NCBI RefSeq assembly: GCF_009914755.1
Contig: NC_060944.1
Strand: one strand, 5' to 3'
From: the human T2T-CHM13v2.0 reference genome, Homo sapiens
DNA length: 64,000 nucleotides
Below, in pieces: positions 30,458-45,031 of this stretch. The notes beneath the pieces are model-generated. The model ran no database searches and had not been told where the DNA came from. It was given only the letters and a program-made list of their open reading frames with translations. The number at the start of each line of letters is the position of its first letter. Position 1 is the first letter of the stretch. The position numbers and the translations under genes were made by a program.

Positions 30458-33400
30458 GTTGATAATTCTCTTAGCTCCACCCAAATCCTTTATCTGACTT
30501 TCAATACTCTGTTCTGTGCTCCAGGAGGTGAACTCCTAAGACTTTATCATTCAGGTTCCTCTGCCAGCTAGCTCCTAGTTGAATTGGATTAATGTAAGGC
30601 ACTGGCAGTGGGTCAGATGGCAGAAGGAGAGAGAGAAAAATCCTGATATCTATACCCTGCTTTCTTCCTAATTCTGCATGAATATAGTTTCTACCAGATA
30701 ACTCTTCTCCACAGCACCAGCTCTTTCTAGGCTTCAGTAATGCAAATTATACACCTTGTCCCTTCAGGTCTGGGGATGGTAACAGCATTCCACTGTTCCT
30801 GGTATCTGAGTATTACAGCAACCTTTGCTGGGGTTTTAAATCCTGCTCTAACTGAGGTAAGTAGTCCATTCACCAAAGTCTCTATTGTGGACCATTGAAG
30901 CAGATTTCTTTTTCTTTTCTTTTTTTCTTTTTTAATAATAGTGATGGGGTCTCCCTATGTTGCCCAGGATGGTCTTGAACTCCTAGGCTCACGTGATCTC
31001 CCACCTTGGCCTCCCAAAATGCTGGGATTAGAGGTGTGAGCCACCATACCAATCCTGAAGCAGATTTCTGTTTTATACAAGGGTCCTAATTAATGTAGAA
31101 GCTATTACAAAATGGGGTATGTAAGAATATCTGTTTCTTAGGGAATAATAGGTAGCTATACCTTGTACTGCCTACCACACAGAAAGAGCAGAGTGACTGA
31201 GAGGCTTGTCTGGATTTTGGAAGTAACATGACTACAGTTGTGTGTATTCAAACCTATTACAGTCTAACTCACAAGTCTACCCATTTAGAACAAAGAGCTC
31301 TTTGCAGCAGGTTCAGTCTGTGCTGTAGGCTCCTCTGCTGCGTGGGTATTTTGACTCAGTAGATCTAAGTATCTGGCTTAGAATGATGCTGTTTGACACT
31401 TCTAAGTAACCCCAAGAAGACAATCATAATTCATCTAACTAATAATTTTGGAACAAAACTAGGTCCCCTTCTGCCAAATATTTTTATCTATTTAAGACGT
31501 CTGGCTTGTCACCATGTAACTATGTGATTTGAAGTGTTCACCATCAACTGGGTGCTATCCAAGTTATCAAATCTTCAAATTGTGCTTGAAAATTAGCAGG
31601 TTATTATAAAATGGAATTGATATGGGTGACATTAAGGCTGAACAGGAAGGGGAGTCACAAGTATATTGAATGAGCAGGTGGTTCAGACCTTTATTAGCTA
31701 TTCCTGCTTAGTTATCAAATTTTCCTCAACTCTCATTCATATTCACCAGGGGAATCCCCTAAAGAGAAGGTGCTCAACAATCAGGTAGATTAGGTGTCTG
31801 GTCTTTCCTGTGGATGTCTATCAAGCTTTCTCCCAGTGATATAGGTGCTTACTTAGTGGAACCATGCAAAAAGTAATCATAGTTGCATGGATGGTAAATA
31901 TGCATAAACTCAGCACAATGGACTACCCTTTAGCAACCCTGATCTGTCTACTATCACTGAGTGTCCAACTTGTCAATACCAAGGGCCAATGTGTTCCTGA
32001 TATGGCACCATTTCATAGGGACACCGACCAGGCACCTGGTGCCAGGGTGATTACATTGAATCCTTTATATTGTGGAGTAAGCAATCATTTGTCCACATAA
32101 AACCAAATACACATTCTAGAAATGGATTTCTCTTCTTTGCCCTCAATGCTTCTACCAGTGTCACCATATGTTACCTTATAGAATGCCTTATTCATTGCCA
32201 TAACATCCCATACTACATTGCCTTTGACAAGGAAACTCATTTTATAGCAAAACAATTGTTACAAAAGATCCATGCCCATGAAATTCATGTTTCCCTACAT
32301 GTCCCATCACCAGTAAGCAGCTGGCCTGATAGATTGATGGAATGGCTTCCTAAAGGCTCAGTTTCAATGCCAGGTGTGACACAATATTGTTTGAAATTGT
32401 GGTGCTGGCCTAACAGATTAAACTATTAGCCAATACATAAGCCATATTTCCAAAAGCTAGAATATGTAGGGTCAGGAACTAAGAAGTAGAATTATTTTAC
32501 CTGACATTCTATTTACAGAATTTTATTTCCCTTCCTGGAAACTTGTATTTAGTAGCTTTGGTGGTTCTCTTTTCCAAGGAAGGAACTTTTCTTTCAAGAA
32601 ATATAGCTATGTTTCCATTAAATTTGGACCTGAAATTGCACCCTTGCTATTTTTAGCTCCTAATGCCATTGACCTAACTGGCAATAAAGAGTTTAACTAT
32701 ACTGAATGGATTGATTAATTCTGATTAACAAAGGAAAATTAGGCAAGTAGGCCTAGTTGGAATCCAGGAGATCTGCTGTGGAGCCTTTTAGCACTTATAT
32801 GTCCCATAAAGAGCCACCAAATAAAGACAGTATCACTAGGGACTTTGATCCTATGAAATGAAGATTTGGGTCATCCCATGAGACAATAATTCCTGTACTA
32901 TGGAAGTAGTAAAGTTTGCTTGAAAATGGAATGGATAATAGAAAAAGGAAATTATGATGATAAAATTTAGCCTCATGACCAAAAGTGAAAACAGTAGTAG
33001 CTAATTTACATATTTATTTTAACTGAATATTTCTTTCCCCTCACTCTCCTTGCTATCTCATATAAAGAGTACTGATAGTGGGTGACATTAACATTTATAA
33101 TCCAGTTGGGAATAAGACTGAATTGCTGACACCCTGCCACAATTTAAATTATGCTAGGACTGTGGTCTACCCGTACTGGAGATCCAATTTTCTTAATCTG
33201 AGCAAGAGGCAAGAATGAATGTGAAGTCGGAGTAATGTTCTGGTAAGTTTCTATTGACTTCATGGATTTATTTTCTTCCCTTGTCTAACTTGCTCTGTGC
33301 TCATGGATGCAGAGCCATGCAGTCAACATCATTCAGATTCCTTTGTGGCCTGAATTTCAGCAGAAGGCACTCAGTGGGAGGCTCCTGTAGGGTGCAAGTT

Positions 33401-33720
33401 AGGTGGAGAGGAGAATGCGTTATTTCTTCCCCGATTCCCTCTGCTTTGGTTCTGTGCTTCTGCCAGGGGCTGAATCTCTCCATAACTAGAACTCCTGCTA
33501 TGCGACCTTTCCTTGCAGCTCCAGAACTCACTTAGCTCTGGTAATGCTATCTTTTCTCTTGTCCCTTTATGGCTTCCTGTGGTTGGTGTCTTTGTTCCTC
33601 TGCATCTCTCTTTCTCTCTTATTTTTTTAACCCTAGCTACATCTCCGTAAACAGACTCTTTAGGTTTTTGATAGTGGAAACTCTAAGAGGAATCATGATT
33701 CCTTCCAGGATTACATTCAG
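30458..33720 (+). mobile_element. Ancient ERVL provirus remnant (LTR33-like LTRs flanking deleted pol/integrase)
   Basis: LTR-like segments ~30458-31095 and ~33235-33720; ORF 32070-32429 (NASTSVTICYLIECLIHCHNIPYYIAFDKETHFIAK...HAHEIH) resembles the ERVL integrase core. Confidence 0.75.
30910..31055 (-). mobile_element. FLAM (free left Alu monomer)
   Basis: Single left arm; perfect 14-bp TSD tgaagcagatttct at 30896-30909 and 31056-31069. Confidence 0.92.
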
Positions 33721-35379
33721 TAAAAAAGCCAATGATTTATTGCATACAAGCAGCAACTCTAATAAAAATTAACTCAAAAGCTTGAAAGTGAAGCTTTGGG
33801 CAAAAGAATTACAGGCAAATGGAAATTAAAAAAAAAAGCAAAGATCACAATATTTAAAACAAATAGGTTTTATTCATGGTTGGTAAAAAATATGAAGTAG
33901 GACAAAGACACTTTGTATCAATAAAAAGGTCACTATAAATAAGTAACTGTCATAAATATTTATTAAATATGTATGCAAAATTCAGAAAGCAAAAACTTCA
34001 GCAGCATTTTTTAAAATACAATTTATAATACTATTTTTTCAGCTGATGGAAGATCAAGTGAAAAAACATAAGTGAGATTTAGGAGGACATAAGCAATTAA
34101 TGGAGGATAACTAATATGTGTATATTTATTCAAATACTCATGGAATAATAGTCAAAGTGGACAAAGTATTGGGCCTCAATGAAAACCTTAGCATATTCCA
34201 AAAAGTAAAAATAGTGTATAATTTAGTCCATGATGACAATGTAATAAAACTGGAAATTATTTCTGGGAAGTGATATTGCCTGCAATTGTTAATTTCTACA
34301 TTTTTAAAAATAATTATCTATTATTTTGTTCAGTAAACATCGTACTTTTTATAGTTAAAATATCAAAATACTCAAATATATACAAAAAGTTCATAATATA
34401 TAATTTTAAAAATACCATACAAATATCAAATTAGAAGAAGCAAAAACAATTGTAGCTGTGCTAATAGCCCTCAATGAGTTCAGAATTTTATAATTAGATA
34501 TTGAAAGGAGGGTAAGAAGTACATGTATAGTAACTGGACAGTGCACAGCCACAAGTTGGGTATAGCCCTATAAATTGTCTATTTTAAAGTGTACATGTAT
34601 AGTAATTTGCTATTCAGAAATGTTGAATCATTTAAACATAATTTTATTATTATGGAAACAGTATATGTGCATCAGAGAAAAGTTTTTAAATGCAGAGGAG
34701 CAAAATGTGTTGAAATAGTCCTATAAACAAGAAAGCACCATTGTTAGTACCTTTGCCTCTAGCCTTACATATTATTTTTCATCAAATATACACTTTGTAA
34801 CCTCTTTTTCAGTCAATAATTTTCACATTTTTATTTTCATGCATTTTCATTATATATAATATCCATGCTGTTTTTAGATGTCTTTAATTAATTAAACATT
34901 TTTCTTCAGGGCTGATTTCTTTAAACCAGTCTCAGTGCAGTCCTGCACATTATATCTAATTGTCCACCCCTTAATTTTTTTTAATCTAGAATTACCCCCC
35001 TTTTTAAATGGTACTGACTTGTTGAAGGAAAGAGGCCAATTGACCTACAAAATGGCATACCTTGAGGCTTTGCTTGATTGCTTTCTGTGTCTAAATTTAC
35101 ACCTAATGCCTTAATGGCTGCCAGTTAAACACGCTTGACTAGAATAAATCACAGGTGAAATTTTGTACCTCATGTTGTACTACATCAGAAAATTTGTAAT
35201 GTCAGGTTGACCGACAGTTGAGACAGTAAAAGTGATCATTGGTTTGTGTGATATCTGATATCTGATACTGATGTCATCCTTCAGTTAGATTGCCCCTTTT
35301 GCAAGTATGGGATGCTATGAAGGTCTACTTCCCCATAAGCCTTCACTTAATGAATTTTAGCAGCAATGTTTCTCTTTCA

Positions 35380-37620
35380 TAAGCTTCCACTGAAATATAA
35401 TATAATTGAATTGTGCAAATCATAATTGTATAGCTCAAGGAATTAGTTCAGAGTGAACACACCCATGAAACTATCAACCTGGGTCAAGAAACACTCAAAG
35501 GACACATAGGAGGCTCCTCATGCCCCAACCACATTATTTCCCTCTCCCTTCTCCCAAAATGTAACCACTCTCCTGATGTCAAATGGCAAAGAATAATTTA
35601 CCCCCTATAAATAGACTAATACGGAATGTGTTTGTATTTGTTTCTCTTGTTCAAAATTATGATCAAGATTCACGGGTGTTATTGTGTGTATCTTTATCAT
35701 ATTCATTTTGATAGATGTAAAGTAGTACAATCTATTCATACACCACTATTTATTCTTTCCTGTCTTGCTAGACATTGCTTTCTTTCTGTGGCTAAATAAT
35801 CCATTTGTGAACATTGTTATAAGTTTCTATTACTGCATATGTGCATACAATTCTGTTGAATGCATACCCAGAAATGAAATTCTTGGATCATACAGGATGC
35901 ATGTGTTCAAATGTTGTAGATAATATGAAACCTGTTTCCAAAGTGGTTGTTTGAAATTCATCCTGATAGCATAAGAGATTTCCAGTTGCTTCAAAACCAC
36001 ATCAACACTTTAAATTATTTTCTATCTTTTAACTTTTCTGGTGAATGTGTAGTATTTCTGCTGATGGACTTAATTATTATTTAAGGACAAGTGAGGTTGG
36101 ACGTCTTTTAAAACGTTTATTAGATATTTGTATAATCTCTTTTGTAAACTGCTTTTTCAAAATATCACCCATATTCCTATTGGGTGGCTTCTCTTCTTAT
36201 TGTTCGAATTTTTATGTATTCTGCATATAAGCCATTTGTCAATTATATAAACCACAAATAATCTAGTTTCACTTGCTTTTGCTCTCTTATTGGTGCCTTT
36301 TTAGAGAAGAAAACACTTTTTAATTTTAATACAGTTGAAATCATTAATGTTTTTCATATCCCGCTTAAGAAATCTTTGCCTTCCCAGACCCTGAAGATAT
36401 TCTTTTTTATCTTATACAATTATTGCTTTTCCATTCCTGTTTACATCTACATGAATGAAATGGTTTTGTGAATGAAGTGAGGTAAAAATCTAGATTTCTT
36501 TTTCCATACTGATACAAGATTCTATACTGTTATATTGGTCTATCTATGCTTGTGATATTTACCTTTCTTCATTACTATGGTTTATATTATAGCCTTGATA
36601 TCTGGGACTGTAAGTTTGTTCTTTTTTGAGATGTTAGCCGTTCTTAGCCTTTTGCATTGTCATCTAAATTCTAGAATTCACATGTTAATTTTTGAAGATA
36701 AAGAAGCCTCTTGGAACTATGATTGATGTTGTAATCAACAGATAAATTTAGGAAAATGGACATCTTTATAAATTTAAGTTTTCAATTTATGAACACATTC
36801 TATCTCTAGATTTATTTAGGTTTCATTCAATACTACCCAATAAAGTTATATAGTTCTGTAGAGATTTTGCATATATTTAATTAAATTTATCTCAAGTATT
36901 TGATGTTTTGATGCTGTTCAAAGGGGTATCTTTTTATATTTTAATCTTCTATTTATTGTATAAAGAAATACACTTTTTAAAATATTGATCTTATATCAGA
37001 AACCACACAAAACTGTGATATTAATTCTAATAATTAAGTACAAAATTATCTTGGACATTTCATAAACACAAATGTATATGTGAAAATGGGAGTGGCATTT
37101 TACCTTTCTGGTCTTTAGTCTTTACTCCTTGCCATCTTGCACTGGCTATGAATGGATTAGAATAAAGTGGGATGGAGTAATGATAATAAGTAATCTAGCC
37201 TCATATTTTATCTTGCAGACAAAATGTTTAACATTTCACATTATGAAGGATTTTGCTGCAGATTTTTTTCTTTTTTTTGAAGATTATGTTTATCAATTAA
37301 AATGCTACAGTTTGCTGAGGTTTTCAATTCTAAAAAATACTATTATCAGAGATTTTAGACAATCATCTGATTTTTCTTTTTATTCAGCAGTACATTGCAC
37401 TAATAGACTTTTAAATGTTTTTGGCAAATTTGAGCAGAAGGAGGATAACCTTTCAAACACGAAAGTTGCAAGAAAAGTATAAGAAACCACAAAGTATTTT
37501 ACTGATATTTTCAGATTCACCAGTTGTTTATGTTTTGCTCCATTTATTTATGACTTTTCCTCCTCTCTTATTCTTCTCTTTTTTTAATTATTTAAGACTA
37601 ATATGTCAAGTTTGCCCTTC
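35380..37620 (-). mobile_element. L1M (MC/ME-like) 3' region
   Basis: tttccaaagtggttg, catcaacactt, gaaaatggacatctttata and similar L1M remnants. Confidence 0.7.
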
Positions 37621-37625
37621 TACCC

Positions 37626-37969
37626 TGTTAGGGTTTGGCTGTGTCCCCATCCAAATCTCATCTTGAATTCCCACATGTGTGGGAGGGACCCAGTAGGAGG
37701 TAATTGAATCATGGGGGCACGTCTTTCCCATGCTATTCTCATGATAGCAAAGAAGTCTCAAAAGATCTGATGATTTTATACAGGGGAATTTCCCTGCACA
37801 AGCTCTCTTCTCTTGTCTGCCACCATGTGAGACATGGCTTTCACCTTCTGCCGTGATTGTGAGGTTTCCCTAGCCACGTGGAACTGTGAGTCTATTAAAC
37901 CTCTTTTCTTTTGTAAATTGCCCAGTCTTGGGTTTATCTTTATCAGCAGCATGAAAATGGACTAATACA
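37626..37969 (+). mobile_element. THE1A/B solo LTR
   Basis: ggtttggctgtgtcccca...aaatctcatcttgaatt...ggactaataca; perfect TSD taccc. Confidence 0.95.
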
Positions 37970-38049
37970 TACCCCTAAATGAATCAATTTGACTTTCTAA
38001 AAAAAGGACATCTCCCTATAACCAAAGTATAATTATCAAAATCAAAAAA

Positions 38050-39460
38050 GTTTACTCATTGATTTTTTAACGTTAAAACATCCTTACATTTCTGGAATTA
38101 AAGGAAGTTTGTTAGTCTACATTAAACTTTTAAAATATGCTACTGAATTTGTTTAAAAAATATTTGCATAAGATTTTTACTTCAATTTGTATTTGAAGCC
38201 TGGATTGTGTTTTTCTTTCATGTACTGCCCTGTAAGATTTCTTATCAAGATAATGATAATGTGGCCATCATAAAATGTGTTGAAAAGGGTTTCTGCAATT
38301 ACAGAAACTAAGTGTTATAGAACTCTAAGTGTCATAAAAGAATTACTATTCCATTATTAAATCTTTAGAAGAATTTGCAGGCAAATCCTGGCATGGACTA
38401 TTCCAAAATTGAATATGTTAAATATTTAATTTCATTAATGTAAATCAGATTACTCATATTTTGGTTTTTTCCAGTGTCTGCTTTGGTAAGTAGTATTTTT
38501 CTTAGAATTTGTCCATTTTTTCTAAATTTTGAAATTGTTGCCAAAATTTGTTCATAATATCCTTAAATAAATTTTTTAAAATCACATGTATTGATGTATA
38601 ATTTACATTCATTAGAATTTACTCTTCTTAGACATCCAGTTTGATGATTATTGATAAATTACATTCATTAGAATTTACCCTTCTTAGATATACAGTTTGA
38701 TGATTATTGATTAATGTACATAATCATATAACTACCACTGCAATCAATATACAGAATACGCCCATCACCCCCATAAATTCCCTCAATTTCCTTTGTATCA
38801 AGTCTCTAACCCCTACTTATATACCCTGGCAACCACTGATCTGATTTGTCTCTATACTTTTGCCTTTACCAGAATATCATATAAATGGAATGAAACAGTG
38901 TATTGCCTTTCATGTCTTTTCAAAATTATGTTCTTTCATGGATTTTAAGTTTCTTCTTTTTAAATTGCTAATATTAACCTACTATCTCTATATAGAAAAC
39001 TTTGTTTATCACTAGCTGATTGATGTACATTTGAGTTGTTTCTAGGTTTAAGGTATTGTGAATAATTTGCATATAGAGATTTACATGAACTTCCCTTGCT
39101 CCCTTTTTTGGGGGTAAATTCTTAAGAGAGGACTTTCTGGGTTGTATGTAAGAGAATATTTAAAATGATAAGAAACTGCCAAAGTGTTTTCCAAAGTTGC
39201 TGTATCTTTTTGCAACCCTGCTAGCAAACTGAGAGTTTTGTGTTCCACATCCTCACTATCGCTTGATACTTTCAGTTGTCTATAATTTTTAAATTTTAGC
39301 CAATTTAGTTATATGTGTAGGGGCGTCTCATTGTGGATTTAATTTACATTTTTCTAGTGAATAATAATGTTGATCATTTCATATGCTTACTGGCCATTTG
39401 CATATCTTTGTGAAGTGTTTGCTCAAATGTTTCCCCACTTTAAAATTTTAAAAATTTAGA
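38050..39460 (-). mobile_element. L1M fragments (incl. L1MB-like 3' end)
   Basis: ccctggcaaccactgatctg...catataaatggaat...aagaaactgccaaagtgttttccaaagt. Confidence 0.75.
38603..38714. repeat. 56-bp tandem duplication (2 copies)
   Basis: ttacattcattagaatttac(t/c)cttcttaga...cagtttgatgattattgat repeated at 38603 and 38659. Confidence 0.95.
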
Positions 39461-41059
39461 ATTATTTTATATTCTGCTAATATTTTACAACTGAAGTTCA
39501 CAAAACACTGAAAGGGTTAATTCAGACACACTGGCAGAAACTGCAGTCTCTGATAATCTATATATATTACTTACCAATAATTGGTACAGAGTTGTGAGTA
39601 TTGATTAAGAAGCCTGAGAAAGAACTAGGACAAAGCACTTCTGAGCCTTTAGATAACTTATTTTCTTTGACTGGATTTGCCAAAACAAAATTGATCTTTG
39701 GCTATATGTTTTTGGTCATATTTCAAAGAATAATATCTTTAGGAGATAATTCCAAATATCCAGAAAAATGCTTATCTCGAAATCTACTTCTGAACCTTTA
39801 AACTTGACCCAACCTCCCACATATCTTTTCCAGGCAATTACTTTGGCTTTCTCTAATTCATTCTCTAGTCAGGATCTTAACCTTTATTTTTTTTTCTTTT
39901 CCCCAGCTTTCTTGAACTAATAGTATCTGTGAAACATATTCTTGGAAAGTGAAGCAAACAAAGAAACACACAGTTAACCAAAAGTTAACAATTTGATAAC
40001 AATATCATGGCAAATGTTAGAATACCATACCAGTGTATGCTTCTGTTGTTTGTTTGCAGATCTAATGAAATCATAACATACGACTCTCAGAAAACAGCAA
40101 GGTAAAGATGGCTTCTTAAAGATGTCCTAGACTTAACAGCAATAAGGTTCTAGGTAGGAGACTGGGTCCAATTGCTTTTTAACTTTTAATCCAATAAGAT
40201 TTTATCTTTATTAGAAGGAATTATATTTTTTAAATGGTAGTTAAAAACAGGTAAGAAATGAGCGATTATTACACAACAGTGCACTCTATAGTATGTGATA
40301 AACGTCTCTCTCTTTTGACTTAACAGTCTGAATTAAAATGCTACTATTTCATTAATCAATATGATATTTAAATCACCAAATTAAAAATGACCACTATGTG
40401 TTAAAATTTTCTCTGATGACACTTCACTATGCAGAACATGGTAATTACTTTGAGAAATCAGCTATTCCAAGGTAACTGGGCAGTTACAATATTTTATCAG
40501 GTAAATTACCAGTCACCATCAACATTCATCACAGACTCATTTGGATTTTATTACAGATTGACATTTACTTATTTGCCCAACTTTTAAAATTAGAACTGTT
40601 GCACGATTGCCCCAGGGTGCAACTGTAGAAAATTAGCACACTAATTACATTAATTATCATAAATAAAAGGTTATCAAAGAGTAGCATGTAATAACATAGC
40701 ATTTTTTGAAAGCAACTTAGGGCATCCCTATAATACCTCAAATTTAGGTATTACATTGAAATTTTCAAGACTGCTTTACCTCTATTGTTTTAATCTTTAA
40801 CACCTCAGCTATAGGAATGTTATTATTAATGCCATTTCAGAAATGAAGAAGCCACAGCCAAAACAGCTGTATGATCGCCCTAAGATCATATACAGCTGGA
40901 ACAGTTTAAGGTCAAGTCAAAAACCACATTTCCTAAACTTCCAACATTCCATCTTTTGCCCCTATATTTTTCTGCCTTTTAGAGATGAAAAGTAAAATAT
41001 TTATCTTTTATGCTCCAATGTATCAACACTTTAAGTGAACTAAAGATCCAAAAGTGAGT

Positions 41060-41590
41060 CTGATCTGCTTGCTTTTTCCCACCTCTATTGCTACCGACCT
41101 ATCAAGCAAACATCATCTTTCCTCTCAAGTACCTGTAACAACTCCCTTCCTTCTTGCCCCATAAAAATCCATATTATACAGAGAAAACCAACTGACTTTT
41201 AAAATATAAATGAGATCATGCCATTTATTTTTGCTTAAAATGATCTGTGGATTCTCAACATACTGGAATAAAATCTAAATCACCAAGTCCTATAAAATTC
41301 ATGTAATCTGAACCCCTCTCCCGTTTCATCTCCTATCACTCTGTATCCCCTCATTATTCTGCTTTTTTTTTTGTCTGATTGTTGAGCCTATTGCCAAGAT
41401 TGAGCCTGCCTCTGAGTCTTTGTTCTTCTATTTTACTCTGTTTGAAATGTTCTACCCCCAGATTTCTGCAGAAGTGGTTTCAAATTCCTACTCCTCAAAG
41501 AGATTTTCTTAAATAACTGAACCTAAACTGACCTTTCCTCTTTCTCCTTCTTTCCTACAGCCTATCCTCTAGTCATTCCTTATCACATTG
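41060..41590 (+). mobile_element. L2 fragment
   Basis: aaaatataaatgagatcatgcca...gaataaaatctaaat...tgaaatgttctacccccagat. Confidence 0.7.
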
Positions 41591-41699
41591 TTTTATTTTT
41601 ATGCCATTTTTCTTTGCTTTCAGAAGTTATCACACCTTAGAAGTCCACAGAAGAGTTTGTGTATCTTGATTACTATCTGTAACAGAAGCTATGCATTCT

Positions 41700-42540
41700 T
41701 CACTCCTATCTCTAAAGGCTGCTCTGGAAATCACCTGCAACTTCAGTTGTTGTTTCTCTTATATTCTAAAGAGCTTTCTATCTCAACATCTCTCAGCCTG
41801 AGGCCATTCTCTGAGTATTATTCCTAGCAGACAAGAAATGCCAGGAAGTTAAGGGCTCAAGGTATTAGGATGGTGCAAAATTAACTGTGGGTTTTGCTAT
41901 TAACACAACCTTTAGTCCATAGATAAAATCAGGAAATTACTATGTACACGGCTCCTTCATTCCTCAGGTGGCCAATTATAAAGGTGTGTTCGACGTCTTT
42001 CACAGTCTCCAGCATGACTGAACCCTAGTTGCCCACAGTAGAAACCAGCTTATTCATGTGCACTTCATTGCCTTTCATTTCTCTATCTATTTTGTTGTTA
42101 AATAAAACAAAATCACACCCACTTCCCTGTCCCCAGTGCCTGACTGGACTCATCATACATACTATTGTCCTCTTCCCTCCTCTTTGTTTTCACCATTTTC
42201 CTTCCCCACTGGCTTGTCTTGTCTCCACTAATAATCTTCTTTCTATAACTTCCTTCTCTAAGCCATATGCTTTTATCTCTCACCAATGCCCTGGATCACT
42301 GTCTTGAAGGTGGTTATCTCCACACGGCCTTTTTGTCTCCAAGTTTCGATAACTAATACTGCCCTTCATCCCTTCAGGCCTAGAGAAGGTAACAGTTGCA
42401 GGGTACATACAGAATTATCCCTTTTGGTTTATCTATACACTATCCACAGCTTTTAATTTACTCTTTTATTATATTCTATTCAAATTAAACAACTTAAGTG
42501 TATTGTGCATTTTCCCTAGTACACTGATAGGTACCATTTG
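41700..42540 (+). mobile_element. ERVL LTR fragments (LTR16/LTR33-like)
   Basis: gaaccctagttgcccacagtag; cccttcaggcctagagaaggtaacag. Confidence 0.5.
41865..41902 (+). mobile_element. MADE1 (Hsmar1 MITE) half element
   Basis: ta-ttaggatggtgcaaaattaactgtgggttttgctatt resembles the mariner TIR TTAGGTTGGTGCAAAAGTAATTGCGGTTTTTGCCATT. Confidence 0.75.
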
Positions 42541-43254
42541 TACATTCAGGTTTTAGTGTATATTCAAAGAGCGATTTTCCTTTCTTTCTTCCTATGAGAT
42601 TTTTCACTTATTTCTTGAAATTGGCTTAAAGAATACAGCATATCCAGGTTTTAGGAGAAAAGAGACTCAGCACTAAAAACAATAATATTTTGCTATGCAC
42701 TAAATTCACAAGAACAATTTTTCTTTATCTATTTCTGCTTCTTTTTTAATTCCTAGAGAAACAACTTTTTGTCTGATATCTCCTCTTTCTTCAGAAACCT
42801 TATTTTTGTTATAGCTCAAATTAAAGCTCTCGGGCTTCTCTTTTGGAGGCAAACCTTCTCTTTGGAGTAGCATAAAGACATAGTACTCTTATTTACTTCT
42901 CTTCAGTTTTATTTTATTTTATTTTATTTTATGAGGAATTAAATGTATAGAGTGAAATATACACATATTCAAGGTATAAACCCATGTGACACACATCTTA
43001 ATCTGAACACAAAACATTTCTTTCACCTCATAAACTTCTCTCATACCGCTTTCCAGTCAGTATTGCTGCAACATAAGGCAACTGGTGATGTGGTTTCTAT
43101 CACCATAAGTTAGTTCTGCCAGTTCTTGAACTTCATATAAATGAAACCATAGCGCATGTAATCTTTGGGTCTAGCTTCTTTCACTCAGTGTAGTTTTTGA
43201 AATTTGTCTGTTGCTGTGTGTCTTGATAGTTTGTTCTCTTTTGTTACTGAACAG

Positions 43255-43411
43255 TGTTGAGTAAAAGAGTCAAACTCTGTAAAATATTTGAAGAGATTTA
43301 TTCTGAGTGAAATATGAGTGACCATGGCCTATGACACAGCCCTCCTCAGGAGACCCTGAGAAAATGTTCCCAAGGTGGTTGGGGTTTAGGTTGATTTTAT
43401 ATATTTTAGAG
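43255..43411 (-). mobile_element. MER4-family LTR, 3' end only
   Basis: aaaagagtcaaactctgtaaaatatttgaagagatttattctgag...ccaaggtggt. Confidence 0.88.
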
Positions 43412-43840
43412 TGTTGAAACACACTAAATATGTCCTGAGAAGGACTCCATACTTCTATATTTGAATCTTTGTGGACAAACTGCAACCTAACTTAATAGGT
43501 AGACAAGGTTGAAAAACCTAACTTAGGAGTATGCACCTGTAACAATAGCTGAGTGTAGGCCAATCCCAGCAGCCATACTTCAACCACTCTTACACTACTG
43601 AGTGTTCAAACTGCGCTCAACTAAGGCAAATGCTAAGCTGTAACCAATTCAGTTGTTTCTGTACCTCACCTCCAATTTCTGTACCTCATTTCCCTTTTTA
43701 TGTCTATAAATCTTTCACCACGTGGCTGTGCTGAAATCTCTCTGAATCTGCTGTGATTCCAGGGACTGCCCTATCATGAATTGTTGATTGTTGAATTGAA
43801 CTTCTTTAAATTTAATTCAGCTGAAGTTTTTCTTTTAACA
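43412..43840 (+). mobile_element. MER57A 5' LTR
   Basis: tgttgaaac...ctgagaaggactcc...gctgaagtttttcttttaaca; TG...CA. Confidence 0.9.
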
Positions 43841-43842
43841 GA

Positions 43843-43860
43843 TGGTGTCAGAAGTAGGAT
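43843..43860 (+). promoter_or_regulatory. Retroviral primer-binding site (tRNA-Leu type)
   Basis: tggtgtcagaagtaggat immediately after the LTR. Confidence 0.8.
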
Positions 43861-44109
43861 CTGAAGAAGAGACTTAACAATCCCCAGGAGTGCTGAGTGA
43901 ACAAGCAAGGTACCTGCAAGGACCTACTTTTGTCCCTTGATCTCTCAAAGTGGCTGGGGATCATGGGTAAGTTCTCTCAGATTTCAGAACTCCATGGATT
44001 TGTGTTTGGAATTCTCTGAGTTTCTCTGAACAAATTTGTGATCCAAACAGTTTGAAAGTTAGGACAGAAACTGAACTAGGTCCAGGATCAGATTTGATCT
44101 GGTAATTAA

Positions 44110-44454
<345 letters not shown>

Positions 44455-44661
44455 CAGTTAGAGGCCCCTTACCTTTGGCTGAGACAGAAAGAAAATGTTA
44501 GTAAATGGTAATATTGCAGTGGTTGTAAAATTTGGCTTTTAGAAATGCACAGGGATTCTTGAGTTCTACACCTTCATTTCATTTTTCTTGTGTAGTTAGG
44601 TAGAAAAAAAATTATTGGCTAAGTCAATCAAGGGAACCGAAGAGTAAAGCCAATATCTTAG

Positions 44662-45031
<370 letters not shown>

